A DNA stretch of 64,000 nt from Cyanobacteria bacterium auto_48_18 (GCA_036170915.1 JAVHQC010000005.1:36651-100650), one strand, 5' to 3'. Shown: positions 29,786 to 39,932, counted from the stretch's first letter. Notes: generated by a model not told the origin, from the sequence alone. Numbers and translations: made by a program.

Positions 29786-30376
29786 ATGCCGGTTCATGCC
29801 TCCAACACATCCAACGGCCGCGCTTTGATAGTCATTGATATGCAGCAAGGCTTCGACGACCCTTACTGGGGTGAGCGTAACAACCCTCAGTGCGAGGCCA
29901 ACGTGGCCGCCTTGATCGCCGCATACAGGCAAGCCCATCTGCCGGTCATTCACGTACAACATATGTCTGACGAAGCCCAGTCACCGCTGCGTCCTGGCCA
30001 GAGCGGAAATGATTTTAAAGCTGAAGCGCTGCCATTGGCCGCTGAGAAAATCTTCCAGAAGTCAGTAAACAGTGCGTTCATTGGCACAGATCTGGAATCA
30101 TTTTTGCGCGCGGCAAATATTGACAGCCTGGTATTGTGCGGTCTAACTACCGATCACTGTGTTTCCACCACTACCAGAATGGCCGGTAATCTTGGTTTTA
30201 CCGTAATTTTGGTCAGTGACGCTACCGCTACTTTTAATCGCACTGGCATCGACGGTCGATTGTGGTCGGCCGAGGATATTCATCAAAGTGCTCTGGCCAG
30301 CCTGAATCAAGAATTCGCTCAAGTAGTAACTCTTGAGCAAGCGATCGCACTTCTTCCGCCAGGCACCGGGTCTTAA
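29786..30376 (+). CDS. Isochorismatase family cysteine hydrolase
   Basis: ALIVIDMQQGF, K.VNSAF, GLTTDHCVSTT.R, DATATF. Confidence 0.92.
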   Translation: MPVHASNTSNGRALIVIDMQQGFDDPYWGERNNPQCEANVAALIAAYRQAHLPVIHVQHMSDEAQSPLRPGQSGNDFKAEALPLAAEKIFQKSVNSAFIGTDLESFLRAANIDSLVLCGLTTDHCVSTTTRMAGNLGFTVILVSDATATFNRTGIDGRLWSAEDIHQSALASLNQEFAQVVTLEQAIALLPPGTGS

Positions 30377-30380
30377 AGGC

Positions 30381-31124
30381 TTAATTTGTAGGCGGACCCA
30401 GCGAGCTGAGCATGCGCTCAAAGATGCGCCTGACTCGGTCGTTTTGAATGTCTTCGATATTCATACGCACAAGATGAAAATTCAAAAGTTCACCGTTTCG
30501 TCGCACCACAATATCAACTGGTGTGCCTGCCCTGCCTGCTACGGTGCGCCAGTAACTGCGTTGATCATCTTGAGCAGTAAAAACGTGGCCATTGGCCGAA
30601 ATCTCGACGTCGCCTCTTTGAAGACCAGCTAGAGCCGCCGGGCAACCGGGCAGCACTTCTGTAATTGTGTAAAAGCGACTGAAAACATTCTTTTGAGCGA
30701 CGATGCCGAGCACACCATATTCGAGTTTGCGATATTGCTCAGATGTCCACGGTTTGCTGTTAAAGCCAAAAAGCGTTCTACGAGGAAAAGCACTACGGTC
30801 AAGAGCAGGTTGCTGACCGGCCAAATTTTGTTCGCCGGCGGCAGCCGATGAGTTTAGCGGATTATTTGACGCGCTGGCTGCAGCTTCTTCTAAAAGAATG
30901 CCACCCTGCAAGGCGCTGTTTTGGTTAGTTGTCGGCATTACCGGAGTGTTGTCTTCGCGTGCCGTATGAGGGGCAATGGCTTGCAGGGTCACGTCTGTGT
31001 TGGCACCCGCCGCCGATGGCCCATTTTGTGCCTGTGCCGGCATTGTCATGAATGGAAGTAATGCCATGACAGTTAAGGTAATGGACTTTTTGATATTAAG
31101 GCCTGCAGTGCTTTTAGATTTCAT
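30381..31124 (-). CDS. Exported PDZ-domain protein
   Basis: Signal peptide ending AQA; GVLGI...EVLPGCPAALAGLQRGD...G.AGTPV.IVV.R. Confidence 0.82.
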   Translation of the reverse strand: MKSKSTAGLNIKKSITLTVMALLPFMTMPAQAQNGPSAAGANTDVTLQAIAPHTAREDNTPVMPTTNQNSALQGGILLEEAAASASNNPLNSSAAAGEQNLAGQQPALDRSAFPRRTLFGFNSKPWTSEQYRKLEYGVLGIVAQKNVFSRFYTITEVLPGCPAALAGLQRGDVEISANGHVFTAQDDQRSYWRTVAGRAGTPVDIVVRRNGELLNFHLVRMNIEDIQNDRVRRIFERMLSSLGPPTN

Positions 31125-31224
31125 GTCTGTTAGCCGTTATTTTTGGAGAGGACAGAGATGATTACGAGCGTCATTCTTTTTTTAGGAGGCATATCGCAAG
31201 GCACCACCGCCGGTATCATTGATT

Positions 31225-31890
31225 TTAATGCCCTTTGGCTTTGATATATTTGAGCATTTCTACAGCATTGAAATTTTCAGGATAACATTTAACAGCTTTC
31301 TCGGCGTAAGTTCGGGCGCTTTTATAGTCGCTCTCAAGCAAGTAGCTGTTGCCTAGATTGAGCCAGGCGTTAGAAGAATCGGGATTAATAGCAAGCGCCT
31401 TTTTGGCGGCTTCTCTCGCCAATATTGGTTTCTTTTGCACTAAATAAATAGTGCTCAAGCTATTGAGTGGGCTTTCATACTTTGGATATTTAGCTGCACA
31501 CTGTTTAAATATAACAATTGCCTGGCTGTGGTGATTTTGTGCCATCTGAGTGTAACCCTGGTTATTCAGTTTATTGGCGTCGTTCGAAACCGTGTAGCGA
31601 GGTAACTCAGATTTGAGCATGGTGAGGGCGCGATTTTTATCAGTGTTGTTTTTGGCGGCTTTGATGGCCAGGCCAAGCGTGGCTTTCGCTTTTTCGGGCT
31701 CTCCCATATTTTTATATGTGAGCGCCAGTGTTATATAGCGCTGTGAGCTCCAGCCCGCAGGAGGATTTTCAGGTATGATCACCAGCGTTTCGTCGGCAGC
31801 CCAGCCTGGAAGACTTAAGATCTGCCATACAGCCGCAAAGAAGAAAACGGCTACTGCCTTTCTAATTGCAGAACTGTTCAAGCCATCCAT
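31225..31890 (-). CDS. Exported TPR-repeat protein
   Basis: Signal peptide; canonical TPRs (ALAINPDSSNAWLNLGNSY). Confidence 0.85.
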   Translation of the reverse strand: MDGLNSSAIRKAVAVFFFAAVWQILSLPGWAADETLVIIPENPPAGWSSQRYITLALTYKNMGEPEKAKATLGLAIKAAKNNTDKNRALTMLKSELPRYTVSNDANKLNNQGYTQMAQNHHSQAIVIFKQCAAKYPKYESPLNSLSTIYLVQKKPILAREAAKKALAINPDSSNAWLNLGNSYLLESDYKSARTYAEKAVKCYPENFNAVEMLKYIKAKGH

Positions 31891-31892
31891 CT

Positions 31893-34466
31893 TTATGAAA
31901 GTTTTTCGCGAATGAAATCGATTACGATTGGCGCTGCTAGAAAACCAATTGTGGCTGCCATTTTAGCTCTGGTGCCACCACAACGGTAGGCTAGATAGGT
32001 CAAACCACCTGTGATACCAACGTCTGAGGCCACCATAAACGTATTCTGCAAGCTCGGACGGTTATACAAATTTGCAAAATCTTGAGCTTCGTCAGCTAGA
32101 CCGCGAACAAATGGATTTTTGCCCAGCAATTGCCTTTCGGTTTGAGCCCGATTCACAACAGCTGGATTGCCCGTGCGATCAAATTTCAGATCAACGTTAA
32201 ACTGATCTGGTGAGAACAATACTGTGCGCATCCAGTCGGGTAGCGGGTTTTCCATGGTGGCACGATAGATGCGTCCGTCTACACCGTTTGGACCAACCGG
32301 CAATTCTGTAATATTTTGGATTTTACTATCGAGATTGTAGCCTGCTACTTGTGCGTGCAATGTGATGCCGCTAATATTTTTCAACTCTGGATAACCGTTT
32401 GCTTTGGCCAGATCAAACGATGTTTTACCAATTTCTATTGACTTGAGAATGCCAACGCCAAATTTCACATCTAATGGAATGTCAGCATTCATTTTGCGGT
32501 CAATCGTGATCGTGTCACGATTCTTCGAAATCAAAGTAGTATTTTGAATAAACTTATTTACTGGATCGTTAAAAGCTACGTGGGTTGAGCGGCTTATCTT
32601 ATCGTACATTTTCGATGGGCTAATTGAACCGTCTGAAATTGTGCGGGCAGCATCAAAAATGTTATCTACATCTTGCTGAATTCCTGCCACACCGCGTTTC
32701 TTTATGGCAGCTCGCAATTGCTTGACTGTGGTCAATTCTTCGACAGGCAGACTGGTTCTTATCTCATTATTGTCGCTGGGTTTGGGAGGGGCGACACGAG
32801 GATGCGCTTCGAAAAAGTCCCAAACCTGCTGCAATCTGTGTGCTGGATTATCGAGGAAATGACCAACTCCACTTAGAGTGATGTGTTCCACCGCTGTTCC
32901 ATTTTGAAGATTGTTCGATGTTTCAATAGTTTCAATGCCTCTTTTCACAACTGTTGGTTTAGTGGTGATACCGTTTAACTTGCGGTAATAATCAGTGCCA
33001 AAGTGCGCGGGCTGAAACAGCGGCACGCCGACATCAGTCAAAACTGTGGGTGTATTGGTCATACCTTCATAAGGAATAATCTTGTCAGCAGTGCCGTGGA
33101 TATTAATCATTGAAAGCGGTGCTTTTGGCGTCGGCTCTTTGCCGTTCATTGTCGAACTCAAAATGCCGATGCCGGCAAGTGTGCCCGATAAAGCTGCGGC
33201 CGTCGAATAGGTCAGCATGCCGCCATTAGACAAGCCCGCCATGTAAATGCGCTGAGGATCTACATTTACTTGTTTCTTAGTGGCTGCAATGATATCGCCC
33301 ATAAATTTGACATCGCCGGCCTTCTGCCCCGGCAGCACCAGCCCGTTGCCTGATTCCCAGGTGCGTAAGTCTTTTACGTCAAACCAGTTAACTGAATCAG
33401 GATAGACAGCAATAAAGCCTTCTTTGTCTGCCAGCTTGTTGGCTTGAAACATCTCCTCAACATCTTTGCCGGTTTGCGACATGCCCGATGCGAGAATCAT
33501 CATGGGCATTGGTTTTGTGGCATCATAACTTGGTGGCACATGCACGGTAAAGGTACGTTTGCGGCCTTCTATCTGCATGGTCTCGACATAATCGCCGGGC
33601 CCTTTGATTTTGAAAGTTGAAGCATCAGTGGAAGGAAGTTCTTTGGCTTTTGGCTGCGGCTGGTCTAATTTGCCCTGAGCGCTTTTGTCAGGCTGAACAC
33701 TATTCAGCACAACGCCAGGATCGAAATCGCTTTTTAAATAGGTGCCGAATCTAGACATAAACGGCGCCATAATATTTTTAACCCAGGGGCCATTATTCTG
33801 GTTAAATTCAGCCACGTCGCCAGCATCGTTAAGGGCGTCTTTCAGCACTAGACCAGGCAAGGTAGTACCGGCGCTGTTAGAAAGCGTACGCAATACTTCG
33901 CTGTCACTGGGATAGGCAACTTTGCCCTTTGCGTTGACGAAAATATTCAGCGGAATTGTACTTGGAGTATTGAAGACTTTTTCCACTTCAGGAGGCAGCG
34001 GATTGTCTACCTGGAGCTGAAAGCGAGTGCTGCCATTGGCTTCTTTGCTTATTGCAATACTTCTAACCGCCAAGGTCTCTTCGCGGCCAAAAGTGTGGAA
34101 GTTTAGCTTGATACCGCTGACATCGGTCAAATTCTGACTGCCGTCGGCCGCTGTGGTCTTTTTGAAAGTTGGATTCTTCGCTTCCAACGACTTCAAAACC
34201 AACTCTTCATTTAGATACGAGTGATTGAGAGAAATGGTGAATTTTTCGCCGACAATAGAGGGCAGCTTAAGCTTTGCGCCGTCTGCTGTCTCCGCGATGC
34301 CTGTCAAAAATCGAGACATAGTATGCTGTTGCGCATGCGGCCCGCGAGTGCGAGCGTCAATATTGGCGACACGGTCTGCAGTGCGGCTCGAATGAGTGTC
34401 GTCAAACGGTCTGTTTTCCGACTTCTCTAAGCCAGGCTTTTTCGATGATGTCTGTACTTGGTCCAA
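31893..34466 (-). CDS. Large protein with central LpqC/PHB-depolymerase-like esterase domain
   Basis: RTFTVHVPPSYD, GFIAVYP, DV.F, IYMAGLSNGG, IHGTADKIIPY, GVGH; flanked by a repeated unknown domain; C-terminal hydrophobic helices. Confidence 0.85.
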   Translation of the reverse strand: MDQVQTSSKKPGLEKSENRPFDDTHSSRTADRVANIDARTRGPHAQQHTMSRFLTGIAETADGAKLKLPSIVGEKFTISLNHSYLNEELVLKSLEAKNPTFKKTTAADGSQNLTDVSGIKLNFHTFGREETLAVRSIAISKEANGSTRFQLQVDNPLPPEVEKVFNTPSTIPLNIFVNAKGKVAYPSDSEVLRTLSNSAGTTLPGLVLKDALNDAGDVAEFNQNNGPWVKNIMAPFMSRFGTYLKSDFDPGVVLNSVQPDKSAQGKLDQPQPKAKELPSTDASTFKIKGPGDYVETMQIEGRKRTFTVHVPPSYDATKPMPMMILASGMSQTGKDVEEMFQANKLADKEGFIAVYPDSVNWFDVKDLRTWESGNGLVLPGQKAGDVKFMGDIIAATKKQVNVDPQRIYMAGLSNGGMLTYSTAAALSGTLAGIGILSSTMNGKEPTPKAPLSMINIHGTADKIIPYEGMTNTPTVLTDVGVPLFQPAHFGTDYYRKLNGITTKPTVVKRGIETIETSNNLQNGTAVEHITLSGVGHFLDNPAHRLQQVWDFFEAHPRVAPPKPSDNNEIRTSLPVEELTTVKQLRAAIKKRGVAGIQQDVDNIFDAARTISDGSISPSKMYDKISRSTHVAFNDPVNKFIQNTTLISKNRDTITIDRKMNADIPLDVKFGVGILKSIEIGKTSFDLAKANGYPELKNISGITLHAQVAGYNLDSKIQNITELPVGPNGVDGRIYRATMENPLPDWMRTVLFSPDQFNVDLKFDRTGNPAVVNRAQTERQLLGKNPFVRGLADEAQDFANLYNRPSLQNTFMVASDVGITGGLTYLAYRCGGTRAKMAATIGFLAAPIVIDFIREKLS

Positions 34467-34649
34467 ATTAACTCACAAGGTGGGGGCTTGTTGATTCAAG
34501 ATTTTGCGTGATCTTGCAGAATAAAGCTCTGTGGTATCTACGTACCCGCAAGTTAATTTTGAGGGCTGTTGGCGTTCATAATTCCTTTACAACAATTCGA
34601 TAGGCTAAAAACATCAATGGTGGTAAGTCGCTCAGTTAGAGGAGATTTT

Positions 34650-35594
34650 ATGAAATTCCCAATTTTTCTGGCGCTGTTTTTAACTGTGCTTATGCCTTCG
34701 GCCATTGCCGCTGATCAGGGCATCGGTTGGATTCCCACATGGCAGCAGGCGCTTGTTGAGGCCAGACAAACGAACAAACCAATCATGCTCATGGCGGGAG
34801 CGCCTGCCTGTGCGGGAGTGCCAGGCACCTGGTGACCGGGCAAGCAAGCCTCAGACATGAGTTACATGTCTCAACCGGAAGTAATCACAGCCTCGAGAAA
34901 CTTTGTTTGCGTCAGAATGATGACTTACGAAAATGCTGCGGAAGCCGAAGTTCTGAAATCTTTGTGGAGGCCAGGGGCGCCTTTAGAAAATACCCTTTTT
35001 GCCATTCTTGATCCTAGCGGCCGGCCGCTCACCAGAGGCGTTCGTTCACCGGGCTCTTTGTATAACGATGCTCACGCGCTCGCCGCCGCACTCAACGATG
35101 TTTCCAGTCATTATTCAGGCAGGGCAAATCCAAGGGCATTGCCTGTGATTGCCACAGTGCGCCTGGGTTTAAATGTCGCAGCTTGTGACAGAAGGCCACT
35201 GACTGTTGTCGTGGCCGATAGTGAACAGGACAGGCGCACTCTAGAGGCGACTCTTGCTCCTCTGGCGTGGAGCCCAGATTTGATTGGAAAAATGTGTTAT
35301 GCATCGGGGGGCAGAAACGACTTGCGCGGCATCTCCGGGGCGAATTTATCCAGGGGCTTTTTGTTTGTCGCTCCCAACGAATTTGGCACCACCGGCAGCA
35401 TCATTGCCCAGTTGCCACCAACCGCATCAGCAGCCGAAATGAAAAATGCGCTACAACTTGCTGTTGATCGGTATCGGCCATCGTATATGGATCATCATGA
35501 TCACGTGCGCAAGGGCCGCGAGCAAGGAATTCACTGGGACACAGCAATTCCGGTTACAGACCAACAAGCGCTTAGGGCTGAGCAAGGTAGATAA
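34650..35594 (+). CDS. Predicted exported thioredoxin-like selenoprotein (314 aa, Sec62 encoded by UGA 34833-34835)
   Basis: GAGGAG RBS and signal peptide. The pattern IGW..TWQQALVEARQTNKPIML...GTW-UGA-PG...PEVITASRNFVCVR continues in frame through the UGA. A hairpin lies 3' of the UGA. Confidence 0.72.
34836..34878 (+). promoter_or_regulatory. Candidate bacterial SECIS element
   Basis: Upper stem AGACATG/CATGTCT (34853-59/34865-71) with loop AGTTA (G at position 2) starting 24 nt after the UGA; lower stem CCGG/CCGG. Confidence 0.62.
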
Positions 35595-35676
35595 GCAAGA
35601 CCTTAATGGCTGATGCTTGGCAATTTTATTTTAAAAGTGTACGCTAACAATGTACGTTTTCTTGTTGGTTTCAATC

Positions 35677-36033
35677 ATGTCAAATTTGAAAGACAGTCAG
35701 AAAAAAGCGGCTACTCTTATGGGTTTTACTCAAAAATCCATGGGTAAAACGCAGGCTCGTAGAGAGTTTTTCCCTTTGGTTGATTCTTTGAGTACCACTT
35801 CTTCGATTGTCGAAATTTCTGACCACAACAAGCCTGTTGCTGTCCTCCTCAGCTATGAAAATTATGCAGCACTTACGGCCAAACTGTGTATGTTGGCAAA
35901 TGCTGCAAATCAGCACCCTATGCCGAATTTAATGGGTTCGATCAAAATTGTGACAGACGATCTAGATGAAGCAAGCAAACGTATCTCTGAAAAATTTGAG
36001 AAATCAGTCAAGCAGAGTGTCAAAAAATTGTGA
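35677..36033 (+). CDS. Phd/YefM family antitoxin
   Basis: TQARREF..LVD...VEISDHNKPVAVLLSYE.Y; coupled to the PIN toxin gene. Confidence 0.85.
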   Translation: MSNLKDSQKKAATLMGFTQKSMGKTQARREFFPLVDSLSTTSSIVEISDHNKPVAVLLSYENYAALTAKLCMLANAANQHPMPNLMGSIKIVTDDLDEASKRISEKFEKSVKQSVKKL

Positions 36034-36443
36034 CAGACAGATTGTTGGTGACGGATACTCATCCAATTATTTATTACTTCTGTGGGCGAGACAAGCGACT
36101 GGGCAAGAAAGCTTTAGCGGCCTTCAATGAAGCAACTACTTCTGCTAAGACTTCTATCTTTGTACCAACACCTGTGGTCTGGGAACTGGCAATATTAGTC
36201 GAAGAGGGAGCAATTAAGCTAGATAAACCGTTCCCACAATGGATTGACACTCTGTTCCAGTATCCCGCGATTAACCCAGTGGCGTTTGACGTTGATATAG
36301 CTAAAACTTGTTTCGATGTCCGGTTTCATGCGGATCCATTTGACCGTGCAATTGTGGCTACAGCAATTCAAATGGATCTTCCTCTGATCTCCAACGATCG
36401 AAAAATGCACCTTCATCTTCCGTGCAAACTTTTTTGGGACTAA
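36030..36443 (+). CDS. vapC: PIN-domain (VapC-type) toxin
   Basis: LVTDTH, VVWEL, H.DPFDR.IVATA, LIS.D acidic PIN motifs; GTGA overlap with the antitoxin. Confidence 0.88.
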   Translation: MTDRLLVTDTHPIIYYFCGRDKRLGKKALAAFNEATTSAKTSIFVPTPVVWELAILVEEGAIKLDKPFPQWIDTLFQYPAINPVAFDVDIAKTCFDVRFHADPFDRAIVATAIQMDLPLISNDRKMHLHLPCKLFWD

Positions 36444-36467
36444 CACTTGAATTTTTCAGTATCGCTA

Positions 36468-37679
36468 TTAGTCTGAAGGCAAAATAGACCAGAGTGCCGG
36501 CCTGCCGGCGTTACAGTGAACGGCGCGTCCCAACAAGCCAAGGCCGGCGATAGAGAGCCAAACAGCGTAGCGAGCAAGATTCCAGGCACCGAATGCGGTG
36601 GTACCATCAAGCGCCACCGCGCGGCGAGCTGGTGTGGGAATAGGATGGAAAATTAGCTGTACAGCATTTGTGCGCTCGGCTTCGTCTTCCATCATTGCGT
36701 CTATTCCACCAATAGTTTGCAAAAGCAGATCTCGCGGAACGCCTTTGGTTAGCGCGCGCTGGTCGGCTTCAATCACTCCTTGCTGACTGGCGAAGGGCAG
36801 AACGAGAAGGCCTACAAATGACCAGAGAGTAAAGACAATTGATGTGCTGATTACCCCTGCGGATGTGGAGAGTGACAATCCAAGCAGAGAGTTAACAATG
36901 GCCGACGCCACTATCGTTCCGCATACAGTGAATATCAGCGCCCACATCACCCCTCTGCTGCGGCTGCCTGAGCTGATCGCTACATTCCTGCGAGTGATTT
37001 CAGTCCACAGTTCGCGTTCCGACAATTTCTCCAGCCATCTTGCTGGAATGACGATATCTTCGGCACCAGGGAAGCCAATGATTCCCCCTGTGAAGCCTTT
37101 TTCTGGCGTCTGTGCGATGACGATGCCTACAGAGCTCGCGCGGTTTTGAACAAATTTAGACCTGAGATTTTGGTCTGGTTCTTCAAATATCACGCCAGAT
37201 AAAAATCGCGCTGCCTCGCCCTGCTTCCAAATCAAGAATATAGAAAGCAATGTAACCAGCGCAGTTGACGCCGCGATTCCCCCTGCATTGACCGCGCAAC
37301 TGTAGAAGACCATGCAAGCGACCAAGAGCATGCCATGCTTAAACGCGGCTTGGCACCAAGTAGACATATAACTGAGTAGCGACTCTCTCGTTTTTCGGTA
37401 AAGGCGTTCGATGCGAAAACCAATCAAATCGAACGGCAGACTGAGTAATTCGAAAGCCAGAGTAAAGGCCAGTATGTTGCGAAACCAGTGGTATGCCGAC
37501 TGGTCAGTCTCTCCACACAACCGAACTGCCAGGCCTGACGCGAGTGCATAACATGAAAAACTGACAATTGCTCCAACATAGCATATGCCAAGGCGCCGTC
37601 TGGCTGTGGCATAGGGCAATGAAATTCTCTTCCCGGTGAAAGATTCGTTTTGGCTATTACTGCTAAGGTGTAAGTTCAT
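36468..37679 (-). CDS. Membrane protein resembling Ste24/M48 proteases but lacking HExxH
   Basis: Multi-TM topology; LPFD...IERLY, EADQRA and FHPIP.PARR resemble M48; TEITRR occupies the expected HExxH position. Confidence 0.55.
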   Translation of the reverse strand: MNLHLSSNSQNESFTGKRISLPYATARRRLGICYVGAIVSFSCYALASGLAVRLCGETDQSAYHWFRNILAFTLAFELLSLPFDLIGFRIERLYRKTRESLLSYMSTWCQAAFKHGMLLVACMVFYSCAVNAGGIAASTALVTLLSIFLIWKQGEAARFLSGVIFEEPDQNLRSKFVQNRASSVGIVIAQTPEKGFTGGIIGFPGAEDIVIPARWLEKLSERELWTEITRRNVAISSGSRSRGVMWALIFTVCGTIVASAIVNSLLGLSLSTSAGVISTSIVFTLWSFVGLLVLPFASQQGVIEADQRALTKGVPRDLLLQTIGGIDAMMEDEAERTNAVQLIFHPIPTPARRAVALDGTTAFGAWNLARYAVWLSIAGLGLLGRAVHCNAGRPALWSILPSD

Positions 37680-37792
37680 GTCTTGAAGATATCTGGTTCA
37701 GATGATTTTCGTGTGAACTCACTGAAAACTTTGTAGAAGATGTTCACGGTTTTTTCACCAGCATAATAGATGATTGCAGTCTAGAGCAGAAT

Positions 37793-38818
37793 GTGAGGGC
37801 AATGACTAATCTGAAAAACTCGAGAACGAGAGTGGCCATAGTGGGTGCTGGCATGTCAGGTCTTGTTTGCGCACAGGCTCTACTGGAGGCCGAAATCGAG
37901 GTCACGGTTTTCGACAAAGGTCGGTTTGCCGGGGGGCGGTTGGCATCACGTCAGCGCGACCAATTTTCTTTTGACTATGGTGCTCAGTACTTCTCGGCGC
38001 GAGATGTGCGGTTTAGAAAGTTTGTCGCCGGCCTGATTCGCCATAAGAGTGTACGCAAATGGAAAGGCAAATTCGCGAAATTCTCGCAGGGGCATTTAGC
38101 TGCACAAAATTCCAGTCATGCGCGTTATGTGGGTGTTCCGCTCATGCGCGCTATTGTGGAGGATCTTTCTGCATCTCTCAACTGCCAAATGCAACATCGC
38201 GTCACCAGTGTCTCTCGTGAAAATGGACTTTGGTCTATTGATGGTATCAACGAGGTCGTGGGCGAGTCATTCGTCAGTGAGGGTTTTGATTTTCTGGTTC
38301 TTAATATGCCGCCGCAACAAGCTTCAGCCCTATGGCCAAATTCGCAGCTTGCCGATATTCGCTTGCTACCTTGTATTGCTGTACTCTTAGCTTTTGAAGA
38401 GCGAATCGCAATTGAGTTTGATGGTATCAGTCTTGATGATTCTCAGCTCTCTTGGGTCGCACGAGATTCTAGTAAACCTGGCAGAAGCGAAGGTGAGCGC
38501 TGGGTGTTGCATGCCAGCGCTGCTTGGTCTCAAGTGAATCTGCAAAGTGATGATGTGGCGTTGGCACAGATGATGACCGAACGGTTTGCCACGACATTTA
38601 AGTTAGACTTGCCTGCGATAAAATTTTCGAAAGTGCATAAGTGGAAGTACGCTTTGCCTGATAACCCTGTAGCAGTCGGTTGCCTTGTTGACGCACCGGA
38701 GTCAGTAATTTACTGCGGCGATTGGTGCGAAGCGCCTCGCGTGGAGGGTGCTTTTCTGAGTGGTATTGCTGCAGCTGAACAAATCTTGGAAGCCTTCGGC
38801 GCAATTAAGAAGTTATAG
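37793..38818 (+). CDS. Renalase-like FAD-dependent oxidoreductase
   Basis: AIVGAGMSG, FDKGRFAGGR, FDYGAQYF, HKWKYA, CGDW..PRVEGAFLSG. Confidence 0.92.
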   Translation: MRAMTNLKNSRTRVAIVGAGMSGLVCAQALLEAEIEVTVFDKGRFAGGRLASRQRDQFSFDYGAQYFSARDVRFRKFVAGLIRHKSVRKWKGKFAKFSQGHLAAQNSSHARYVGVPLMRAIVEDLSASLNCQMQHRVTSVSRENGLWSIDGINEVVGESFVSEGFDFLVLNMPPQQASALWPNSQLADIRLLPCIAVLLAFEERIAIEFDGISLDDSQLSWVARDSSKPGRSEGERWVLHASAAWSQVNLQSDDVALAQMMTERFATTFKLDLPAIKFSKVHKWKYALPDNPVAVGCLVDAPESVIYCGDWCEAPRVEGAFLSGIAAAEQILEAFGAIKKL

Positions 38819-39199
38819 ACCGCCTTTATCTTTCGTTTTTTGACTCAACCAGGCTGAGAATAATGGCAGCAACTTCACTTGCAGTGGAGCTATAGAAAGC
38901 AGCCTGGACGTTAGGCCGGGATGGCTGTCTCTACCGAGAACAGCAATAGTTCGACCCGAAAGTTCGACAACGAGCCTGACGCCCATCTCTGAGAGTGTGG
39001 AGTGAAGGAACTTGAGCGAAGGCTGATGGAATTGAACCTTTTGATTTAGCGCCGAAAGCTCAGTCTTGAAAGTCTGCGGTAACGAAACAGTTATTTCTCC
39101 GCCATCAGCCTTAACGACCAGTTCAGCGGTGTCTGAAGAGATAGTTAGAATACCGAAGACGTCGCTTTGTGCCCGACCAAGTCGAGAGTTACTTGCCAT
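38813..39199 (-). CDS. Hypothetical protein
   Basis: ORF overlapping the stop of the upstream small gene (likely coupled); start uncertain. Confidence 0.5.
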   Translation of the reverse strand: MASNSRLGRAQSDVFGILTISSDTAELVVKADGGEITVSLPQTFKTELSALNQKVQFHQPSLKFLHSTLSEMGVRLVVELSGRTIAVLGRDSHPGLTSRLLSIAPLQVKLLPLFSAWLSQKTKDKGGL

Positions 39200-39404
39200 T
39201 GCCCACGGTGTCACGAGTTTTTATGCTCAAAATGCCGTTTACTTTCCACTTAGCATGCTCTGCGTCTGAACCAGTTTTACTAGGTACCCAAATTTCCAAA
39301 TCTTTGAAGTCGTAGCTAATCTCAGCTCCCCGCCCTGTTAGCTTGTCATACAACCCAATCGCCAAGTCAGGCCAATTCTTCGTGTGGTGCGATTCTTCTG
39401 CCAT
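39189..39404 (-). CDS. Small hypothetical protein (WPDLAIGLYDKLTG motif)
   Basis: AGGGG RBS before ATG 39404; globular-looking 71-aa sequence. Confidence 0.7.
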   Translation of the reverse strand: MAEESHHTKNWPDLAIGLYDKLTGRGAEISYDFKDLEIWVPSKTGSDAEHAKWKVNGILSIKTRDTVGNGK

Positions 39405-39479
39405 CGGATTTTCCCCTGTATGTAATTCGAGTTTAATTCGTTTAGCTGAACGTTGAGTGAACAACTTTATGGGTAAAGC

Positions 39480-39513
39480 TAGTGAAGCGCAGACAGTAGC
39501 CTGCGCTTCACTA
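39480..39513. terminator. 13-bp perfect stem-loop downstream of the fasciclin gene
   Basis: TAGTGAAGCGCAG-ACAGTAGC-CTGCGCTTCACTA. Confidence 0.6.
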
Positions 39514-39530
39514 AGCGACTGACGCCGAAA

Positions 39531-39932
39531 CTATTTGGGCATAATCACTGTATCGATAACGTGAATAACGCCATTGCTTGTTTCAATATCGGTTGCCGTA
39601 ATCTTCGCATCATTAATGGAAGCTCCGCCCTCGGTTTTAATTGCAGCGTCTTGACCTTGTACGGTCTTGACTGACGATAATTTGACGACGTCAGCAGCTA
39701 GATGTTTACCAGCGACCACGTGATAAGTCAAAATAGATGTGAGTTTTGCCTTGTCTTTGAGCAATTGTGCGAGAGCATCTGCGGGTATTTTGGCAAATGC
39801 TTCATCGCTTGGAGCGAATACTGTAAATGGTCCTGGACCTGAAAGAGTATCCACTAAACCAGCTTCGGTCACAGCAGCAACTAGGGTCTTGAAAGTTCCG
39901 GCACTGACGGCAGTTTCTACGATATTTGGCAT
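39531..39932 (-). CDS. Fasciclin (FAS1) domain protein
   Basis: [30 protein letters not shown]. Confidence 0.95.
   Translation of the reverse strand: MPNIVETAVSAGTFKTLVAAVTEAGLVDTLSGPGPFTVFAPSDEAFAKIPADALAQLLKDKAKLTSILTYHVVAGKHLAADVVKLSSVKTVQGQDAAIKTEGGASINDAKITATDIETSNGVIHVIDTVIMPK

Noticed and set aside
34569..34835. 88-aa ORF as an independent gene, with 34857-35594 as a second gene
   Set aside because: Same frame, a thioredoxin-like pattern spanning the UGA, no RBS before 34857 and a SECIS-like hairpin all favour a single recoded gene. A nonsense pseudogene remains the alternative.
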